Position numbers and translations under genes: made by a program. Positions 57,508 through 64,000 of a DNA stretch of 64,000 nt are shown one piece after another (the stretch's first letter is position 1; every line of letters starts with the position of its first letter). Location of the stretch: the IMG/VR virus record IMGVR_UViG_3300030060_002561, positions 1-64,000 of that record. One strand, written 5' to 3'. The stretch is from a virus. Taxonomy: Duplodnaviria > Caudoviricetes. The notes beneath the pieces were generated by a model, which ran no database searches, had not been told where the DNA came from, and was given only the letters and a program-made list of their open reading frames with translations.

Positions 57508-57530
57508 TTCGGTAAACTACCTCGATTTGG

Positions 57531-57561
57531 TGAGGGGGGGATGGAGGTATTCCCCCCCTCA
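57531..57561. terminator. GC-rich hairpin at cassette 3' end
   Basis: TGAGGGGGGGAT...ATTCCCCCCCTCA. Similar hairpins lie near 55184-55222, 56773-56797 and 58490-58520. Confidence 0.55.
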
Positions 57562-57571
57562 GTATGCGAGG

Positions 57572-57832
57572 CTAGGTTTCCACTATCCTCTCTATGATTG
57601 TCCATACTCCGGTGGTAATTTCGTGCTGGATTCTCTGGGCCTCAAAATAGTCCTTGCTGTTTTTACCAGTCCCGGACAATTTATGATATGCTCTGAATAA
57701 TCTGTTGTTCGATATAGCATTCATTTCTCTGAGATGTTTCTTTGCATCTTCATGGTTCAGAAAGACCTCTATTCCATAATGCGTTCTCTTTTCGGGCTTT
57801 GTTTTGCATACTTCGTATATCACTAATGACAT
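57572..57832 (-). CDS. Hypothetical protein (86 aa), cassette 4
   Basis: Follows a CCCTATGTACCC box; ends before the hairpin. Confidence 0.6.
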   Translation of the reverse strand: MSLVIYEVCKTKPEKRTHYGIEVFLNHEDAKKHLREMNAISNNRLFRAYHKLSGTGKNSKDYFEAQRIQHEITTGVWTIIERIVET

Positions 57833-57983
57833 AGTATCCCCTGACCATCTGGGTACATAGGGTACAGTTCAAAGTGTGCAACCATATGGTAGTCACTTTG
57901 CTCGACTCGCCTTATGTATCCGAAGGGCCAAAAGTAATTGTTCAGAGGGTAAAGAACCCCACAACAAAGAAAAGGTGAATAAA

Positions 57984-58454
57984 ATGACGGCAATGGATAA
58001 TTGGACAGAATTTAGTAAAACGATGAATGACTTTGCAAACAAAGGCACGATGGATGAAGTCGATGCTGAGTATGTGAAGAGACAGATAGCGAAGGGAACG
58101 GACAACCCAGAAAGGCAAAGCCGAATCGCTACTGCTGTTAGGGAAACCGTGAGAGATTACGATGATAGCCCTGTCAACAGTAGAGGTTTCTCTCTGCCCG
58201 CTGTGGCACAGGCTGTTGTAGACCTAGCAATCGCGGCTGTTGTAGCAATGGGTCAAGCATTCGACTCGGCTCCATCAGTACGCGCACTATGGATTCCACA
58301 CGGCAAGTGCAAGTTCGACCACTTTGAGAATGGTGAGCATTGGGCCACCTATCACAGTGCGAAGATACAGGAGGCCGCCGAGGAAATGTACAAGGCGGGC
58401 GAATGGGATGGCTCTGAGAAGAGTCTTCTAGCCACAATCGGAGGTTCTCTCTGA
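57984..58454 (+). CDS. Hypothetical protein (156 aa), cassette 5; paralogue of 56834-57433
   Basis: AGGTGA SD before ATG 57984; divergent from cassette 4. Confidence 0.75.
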   Translation: MTAMDNWTEFSKTMNDFANKGTMDEVDAEYVKRQIAKGTDNPERQSRIATAVRETVRDYDDSPVNSRGFSLPAVAQAVVDLAIAAVVAMGQAFDSAPSVRALWIPHGKCKFDHFENGEHWATYHSAKIQEAAEEMYKAGEWDGSEKSLLATIGGSL

Positions 58455-58779
58455 TTGTGGAACGTTCGGACCCTTCTGAACACTCCTTCGGGGGGGCAGG
58501 TGTTAATTCACCTGCTCTCCCACCCCCAGATAGTCAGGTCGAGGCGACAAAGTGCCTAACCATATGGTTGTATGGCAGATTTCTAGGTAGAATCGGATTA
58601 CCGGGATATGGGCGGGAGTATATATATCGAGGGGGCCAAGAGGGAATTGTCCGATGACCTAGGGATTCCGACATCGAATGCGCTCACCTAACCAGAGCAA
58701 TATATCAAAGTCGAAACCTACCTGTTAGATTTTTCAACTAACAAAAAAGAATAGGTTCACACAAGGTCCATCTAGTTCT

Positions 58780-59110
<331 letters not shown>

Positions 59111-59199
59111 ATAAATTCGATACATTACATTCGATACACCAAACCTTGACGGTTGATTGAAAGGTGACATGAGGCATCGTTGAACAGTTTAGCGACTTA

Positions 59200-60330
59200 G
59201 TAAACCTCGTCTTTGTCATATGGGTAATACCATGCTTGTCCCATGAATGAAGTAGTGGGACATAGATGAGTAAATCACAAGGGTCGAAACGGGGAGTTCT
59301 ACGGAACATCTTCGGATGAAACAAGTAAAGATACAGGGGTTGACTCCACTCTTTCCTATGACCACTTAGCCGTGGCTCTGAACGGGTGTAGTAACTGACT
59401 TGGTAGGGATGGCTTCTCTACCAACTGTGCGCTATAAAGGAGAAATCCAACAGTAGTCGTCAGCGTCATAAAACAAATCGCTCAACAAGCCCGTTAGTTG
59501 AGAAGCCCATTTTCCCTGCGTAGCAACGGCATAGCACGTTCTTGTTCTCTCCCCATAACTATTCACACCTTTTCTTGGGGCTTTACCCAAGACCGGGGGG
59601 ATATCCACATTGCCGCGATATCCTCCCACCATCTCAAAATAATCGAAATGATTATCATACTCCTACCCCCGATTAGTAGGACGTAGTTTGCTAAGTAATA
59701 CGGAGAAAAACACATTTTCTACTGTCGTGTTCTTTGTTTAGCGGGTTCTCTCCCCAAAGAGTTCCTCTCCGTCCTACACCTACTTTTACTACGGGGGCTA
59801 GTGATTATATTCAGTCCTATACTGAATGTCAGACATACAAGGGCGATGTTGAATTGGGCCACCTTTAACATGATTGCACTACTTAGTAGACTTTCGTGGG
59901 TGTTCGTACCTGTTGTTTTACTCGCAAGAGCGAGTTTGTATGCAATAACAAACAACGAAACTTTCACACTCAAGACTCACTTATGTGGGTTTAACGCTTG
60001 GACGCAACTCTCTGTTCAGAGAATGAGATAGAGAACATATTGGGAAATGTGGTTGCTTCTGAGTTAGAGCGAGGTTTAGCAGTAATGCAGAGAATATCTT
60101 CTGAGATAAGTTATGAACGAAGGATACCAGAGTCGGAAGAGAAAGGGTATTAGAAATGTAATTTTATCAAAACATAATTTCTAAGTAAAATTTGAGTAAA
60201 ATTTTGTTTAGTAGGGTGGTATCATGCCACTCAACTTCATGTTACCGAGACTAACTAACGGTACGCTCTCAGGCTATCAGCGTAGAGATTCCTACGCACT
60301 AGTCTTAGGCATATGCTTGATGACTCTGCC
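59200..60330 (+). ncRNA. Candidate structured non-coding RNA region (family unidentified)
   Basis: No convincing ORF; many hairpins, including adjacent UNCG tetraloops GTTC-TACG-GAAC and ATC-TTCG-GAT (59296-59317). Confidence 0.35.
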
Positions 60331-60367
60331 CCTCGCTACAATATTACACTCCAAAGGAGAACTAAAA

Positions 60368-61816
60368 ATGACAATAGTAGGAACAAAAGAACAAGAAGAA
60401 ATATGGAATGAAATGGAGAATGGCGATAGTCACATGGTCGTTAAGGCTGGTGCAGGAACGGGTAAAACGTTCACTATCGTAGAAGGCGCGAAGAGGATTC
60501 GTGGTGGCAAGAAGGGATTCTTGGCATTCAACAAATCAATTGCGACTGAACTTGGTAAGAAACTACCACTTGATTGTAAGGCTATGACCTTTCACAGTCT
60601 TGGGTTGTCTTCTATCAAGAGGTACAGGAAAGATGCAAAAGTGGACACCAAGAAAGTCTACAACATCATTCGGAACATCTTCGGCCCAGAGTACAAATCA
60701 GCACCTGCTCTCAACAAACTAGTCAGCCTGTTGAAGTCTTCACTAGCAGATTGGGAATCCATCTCGGATATCAGAGCAATCATCGACCAGTATAACATTG
60801 AGTTCGATGGCATCAAGGATGAGAAGATGGCAATCGACATGCTTCCAACAATAAGGAACATGTGTGAGGATATCTCTGTGGTTGATTTCGATGACATGAT
60901 ATGGCTACCTGTGGTTCTAGAACTACCAGTAGAACACTATGATACTGTCTTCGTTGATGAAGCACAGGACTTCAATGAGTCTCAGAGACAACTAATACTA
61001 CGCGCATGTAATGGTGGTAGGATGATAGTTGTCGGAGATACCAAGCAAGCAATCTATGGTTTTCGTGGAGCAGACTCTGCTAGTATGGATATATTCAGGG
61101 AGGAACTGGTGAACAAGTCTACTCGCGGAGTCAAGGACTACACTCTCAGTATCACATGGAGATGTCCAAAGTCTATCGTAGCAGAAGCCAACCGATTCTT
61201 CTCAGATTACACATGCAGGGAAGATGCACCAGAAGGTGAGGTGAATGTCAATGCGGCATTCGTGCCAAAGGGCGGTGACTTGGTTCTATGCAGAGTAAAC
61301 GCACCTCTGGTTTCAGAGTGCTTTTCTCTGATTACCCAAGGCATACCTGCCTACGTTCTAGGTAGAGACATCGGCTATTCACTACAGGTTCTAGTCAAGA
61401 AGGTGACAGATGATTCGTCAATGACTCTTGAGAGATTCTTACCTGCACTAGCAGACCATGTTGACAAGAGAATCAACGCTCTGAAACTACAGGAGAAGGA
61501 CAAGCAGATTCAGTCCTTGACTGATAAGCACGATTGCATTCTGGCTCTTGCTGGAAATGTGAACACAGTCGGTGGTCTTCTAGATAACATCAAGGAGATA
61601 TTCGGTGAGCAAGGAAAGAAAGCAGGAGTTGTCTTCTCCACTATCCACAAGGCCAAGGGTCTTGAAGCAGAGAACGTATGGATTCTGGAACCACAACTCA
61701 TGCCACATCCTATGGCAACTACTCCTGCTGATAGACAACAGGAAACCAATCTGTGTTACGTTGCTATCACTAGAGCAATGAAGACTCTCAACTACGTTGG
61801 TGATAGAGTTGGTTGA
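60368..61816 (+). CDS. UvrD/Rep-like superfamily 1 helicase
   Basis: AGAGTGKT, LAFNKS, TFHSLG, VFVDEAQD, VGDTKQAIYGFRGA, TWRCP, STIHKAKGLE, YVAITRA. Start moved to ATG 60368 after AAGGAG. Confidence 0.93.
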   Translation: MTIVGTKEQEEIWNEMENGDSHMVVKAGAGTGKTFTIVEGAKRIRGGKKGFLAFNKSIATELGKKLPLDCKAMTFHSLGLSSIKRYRKDAKVDTKKVYNIIRNIFGPEYKSAPALNKLVSLLKSSLADWESISDIRAIIDQYNIEFDGIKDEKMAIDMLPTIRNMCEDISVVDFDDMIWLPVVLELPVEHYDTVFVDEAQDFNESQRQLILRACNGGRMIVVGDTKQAIYGFRGADSASMDIFREELVNKSTRGVKDYTLSITWRCPKSIVAEANRFFSDYTCREDAPEGEVNVNAAFVPKGGDLVLCRVNAPLVSECFSLITQGIPAYVLGRDIGYSLQVLVKKVTDDSSMTLERFLPALADHVDKRINALKLQEKDKQIQSLTDKHDCILALAGNVNTVGGLLDNIKEIFGEQGKKAGVVFSTIHKAKGLEAENVWILEPQLMPHPMATTPADRQQETNLCYVAITRAMKTLNYVGDRVG

Positions 61817-62003
61817 ACACTTAATATACTCTCAACACGATTGTAAGTTATGTGGGGGCAAGGGAGTTGTACTCGTTAACAACTACGCAAATGGTGAGCG
61901 CGATGATGTGCCATCATTGGAAGAATGCGAAGATTGTGCCGAGTATGACTTTCTTGCAACTCACGCACCAGAGATGAATAACCTAGGAGATGATGAAGAA
62001 TGA
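61809..62003 (+). CDS. Small Zn-finger protein
   Basis: CKLCGGKG...CEDC; start approximate. Confidence 0.55.
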   Translation: MVEHLIYSQHDCKLCGGKGVVLVNNYANGERDDVPSLEECEDCAEYDFLATHAPEMNNLGDDEE

Positions 62004-62911
62004 GATATTGGGCAATAAGATTTACAGATGGAACAGAGAAGACCTTTCGTGCTGATGAAGTAGACCAAATAGAACTACTCAACACGGAGTCGGTTCTGTT
62101 CAGTAGAGATACTAGTATCCTCCAACCAGAAGACATGCCTACTCAACAGTTGGATAATCCAGTGAGTAACATGAGTAGGACATTGGTATCTAGCGTAGGT
62201 AAAACCGGAAATCCACTACACTTCCATGAGAGACTAAAGTTTGCTCTTGAAAGAGAAGCAGTAGTTGGAAGTCTAGTCACAATGCCAGATGGTAATGAGT
62301 GGCTAGTAGTGAGATGGGTTGATGGTGTGTTGTACGTTGTTCAGAAAGCAGACGACATCAAGGTGTTTGCACCTGCCGTCTGGTTGAAGAGCAAGAACGT
62401 ATGGAAGTGGTTTGAGAACAGACCCAAGAGGGAGAAGCGGAAAGTAAGGTATGCTTCTAACCGAACAACCACTATCATTGATGACTCAACAAGCGACTAT
62501 CCTTATCCTGTGAAGGGTGAAACAGATAGGTCTGGTTGTTGCGCTACACCAAACGCACACATTTGTAAAGACTCTGAGACAATTATGGAACATGGTTTCT
62601 GTAAGGGTTGCAAGGTTGAAAATGAACGTGGGGAATTAGACGTAGAACTTACTCTTGACAACAGAGACAAGATAAGAATGTCACGCGGATTGAATCCAAT
62701 AGCACCCGGAACCTATCCGGTATTTGCAGAGGAACAACTTCTGAGTGTAACACCAGTCTTCAATGAGAACCAATTGGAGTTAGCCGATTCTGCTATCGGT
62801 GAGTTGCTAAAGCGAAACTCAAACAATGCAGATGAATGGAAGTCTGCTTTCAATGAAGCATATGAAAGTGGAAAGGACATAACGTGGAGAGAAGAAGATG
62901 GAACGAATTGA
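62000..62911 (+). CDS. Hypothetical protein (303 aa) with Cys cluster
   Basis: GCC..HIC..FCKGC; ATGA overlap with the upstream gene. Confidence 0.65.
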   Translation: MRYWAIRFTDGTEKTFRADEVDQIELLNTESVLFSRDTSILQPEDMPTQQLDNPVSNMSRTLVSSVGKTGNPLHFHERLKFALEREAVVGSLVTMPDGNEWLVVRWVDGVLYVVQKADDIKVFAPAVWLKSKNVWKWFENRPKREKRKVRYASNRTTTIIDDSTSDYPYPVKGETDRSGCCATPNAHICKDSETIMEHGFCKGCKVENERGELDVELTLDNRDKIRMSRGLNPIAPGTYPVFAEEQLLSVTPVFNENQLELADSAIGELLKRNSNNADEWKSAFNEAYESGKDITWREEDGTN

Positions 62912-63098
62912 GAACCATATGGTCGTAGGGCCAGATGAATTTGATGAAGTAATAACATATGATTGTGAAGTCTGTGGAGATTTAACAGACACGTTTCACA
63001 GTTATGAAGGATATTGTAGCATAGGTTGCTACGAAGAAGGACTAGCAGAGGAAAGAAGACTGCTAGAGAAATATGAAACTTTAATGGAAGAGGAATGA
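62898..63098 (+). CDS. Small treble-clef-like Zn-finger protein
   Basis: CEVCG...YCSIGC. Confidence 0.6.
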   Translation: MERIENHMVVGPDEFDEVITYDCEVCGDLTDTFHSYEGYCSIGCYEEGLAEERRLLEKYETLMEEE

Positions 63099-63101
63099 AA
63101 G

Positions 63102-63341
63102 ATGAATGAAAATGGAAAAACAGTTGAATTCAGGTTGGTCAACGATGAAGAGTTGCCACCTGTTGTAATAACAATGAATGACGATGATGAGCCAAAGGTA
63201 GTAATCAATGCTTATCACAAGATATGGTTGTCACTACATCGCAAGACTATCGGTGGATGTGGACAACCACTGTTCGATAAGATAGATGCTATACTAGCAG
63301 GATTCCTGACAGAGCAGAGAGACAATGAGAGGATGGCTTAG
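63102..63341 (+). CDS. Hypothetical protein (79 aa)
   Basis: GAGG SD; tight packing with neighbours. Confidence 0.6.
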   Translation: MNENGKTVEFRLVNDEELPPVVITMNDDDEPKVVINAYHKIWLSLHRKTIGGCGQPLFDKIDAILAGFLTEQRDNERMA

Positions 63342-63443
63342 ATGCTTTTCTTATTCACGGCAATATGCAATGTGCTTATCGTGATAGGAATGTTCTTTTT
63401 GTATGTTGTAATTATGCCACTATTACCAGTCATAGGAGGTTGA
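63342..63443 (+). CDS. 33-aa single-TM microprotein (not in ORF track)
   Basis: MLFLFTAICNVLIVIGMFFLYVVIMPLLPVIGG; abuts the previous stop; GAGG upstream. Confidence 0.5.
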   Translation: MLFLFTAICNVLIVIGMFFLYVVIMPLLPVIGG

Positions 63444-63447
63444 TATC

Positions 63448-64000
63448 ATGGATGTAGTATATACTAGAGATGACATCGAAGACGGTGCTACAGAGAAGAT
63501 AGAAGCCAAGCGTGACTTAGGTGAAGGTAGATGGGACAGAGTTCTCAAGCAAAAGATGGTTGAGTTGTCTGTTGCCGATAACTATGAAGACGCTAAGAAA
63601 GAATGGAAAGCAACTGGTAATGTATGGTGGTCATCTAGGTACAACGTTACTGACCCCTATGGGAGAAACGAGGATGCCCCAGATTGGGTTAACAACTCTA
63701 CCAATGGATGTAATCAATGTCTATGTGGACACAACATCGTGTATCACTTTGAGATAGCGAATACTGAGAATGGTAACGTAGAGTGTGTTGGTTCAGACCA
63801 CATCACTTCTTACTTGATTCTGAGAGAGATATCAGAGTCTACTGGTGTTGACATGGATGCAATTACCGAGAGAATGATTCAGGATTGGATTAACGTTCGT
63901 GTGAAGTCTATGATTCAAGATGCATGGTGGGCAGAGAACGGAGAAGAGTTTGAAGAGATGTTCGATGAGGTCAAGGAAGCAGACTTGAGAATCAATGTTA
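63448..64000 (+). CDS. Hypothetical protein with CxCGH...VGSDH metal-binding motif (truncated by window end)
   Basis: GGAGGT SD, then MDVVYTRDD...QCLCGHNIVYHFEI...ECVGSDHI; open to position 64000. Confidence 0.75.
   Translation, partial: MDVVYTRDDIEDGATEKIEAKRDLGEGRWDRVLKQKMVELSVADNYEDAKKEWKATGNVWWSSRYNVTDPYGRNEDAPDWVNNSTNGCNQCLCGHNIVYHFEIANTENGNVECVGSDHITSYLILREISESTGVDMDAITERMIQDWINVRVKSMIQDAWWAENGEEFEEMFDEVKEADLRINV

Larger units (their letters stand above)
55135..58568. repeat. Six dispersed copies of palindrome CAAAGT-N4-6-ACCATATGGT-N4-8-ACTTTG
   Basis: Cores at 55141, 55842, 56717, 57484, 57881 and 58559, all intergenic once starts are corrected. The four inner copies carry both arms; the outer two are incomplete on their outward side. 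Confidence 0.9.

Noticed and set aside
55135-58568. Palindromic repeats as a CRISPR array
   Set aside because: Spacing is 400-900 bp with genes in between, the repeats are degenerate, and no cas genes are present.
60224-60367. N-terminal extension of the helicase, and similar over-long starts at 30522, 40227, 48737, 55874 and 57876
   Set aside because: Better starts with SD motifs or stop-start overlaps lie downstream, and the extensions cross hairpins, palindromes or other genes.
62914-62923. A seventh ACCATATGGT
   Set aside because: It lies inside a CDS and lacks the CAAAGT/ACTTTG arms; probably chance.
63521-63757. 78-aa plus-strand ORF in the track
   Set aside because: It is an alternate frame within the better-supported ORF starting at 63448, which has an SD and runs off the window.

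Overview
The window is a 64-kb segment of a tailed dsDNA archaeal virus (Caudoviricetes, HK97 fold). It most resembles the Magroviruses that infect Marine Group II Euryarchaeota (Poseidoniales). That assignment is inferred from gene content and order, GGTGA-type Shine-Dalgarno motifs and acidic proteins; no database search was run. Positions 1-55058 form one minus-strand morphogenesis arm. In transcription order it encodes a block of putative head-internal proteins, a probable TerS, a GNAT, TerL, a LAGLIDADG-domain protein, a Zn-ribbon portal, an ATP-dependent DNA ligase, a prohead protease/scaffold and the major capsid protein. These are followed by an Arf/Sar1-like small GTPase with flanking membrane proteins, the head-tail connector, tail tube, a tail chaperone with a -1 frameshift, the tape measure, large tail-tip proteins and a tail fibre of at least 2336 aa that the ORF track missed. 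Positions 55.1-58.6 kb hold small transcription cassettes separated by six copies of a palindrome (CAAAGT-N-ACCATATGGT-N-ACTTTG). Positions 58.7-60.3 kb are non-coding: an AT-rich/(CT)16 inverted-repeat element at the strand switch, then a hairpin-rich candidate ncRNA. The plus-strand arm starts with a UvrD-like helicase. The most notable observations are (1) a viral Arf-like GTPase membrane module, (2) a shared W-x-x-[ILV]-[IL]-[KR] tag on more than ten head-region proteins, a candidate capsid-targeting/protease-cleavage signal, and (3) the palindrome-delimited cassette array.
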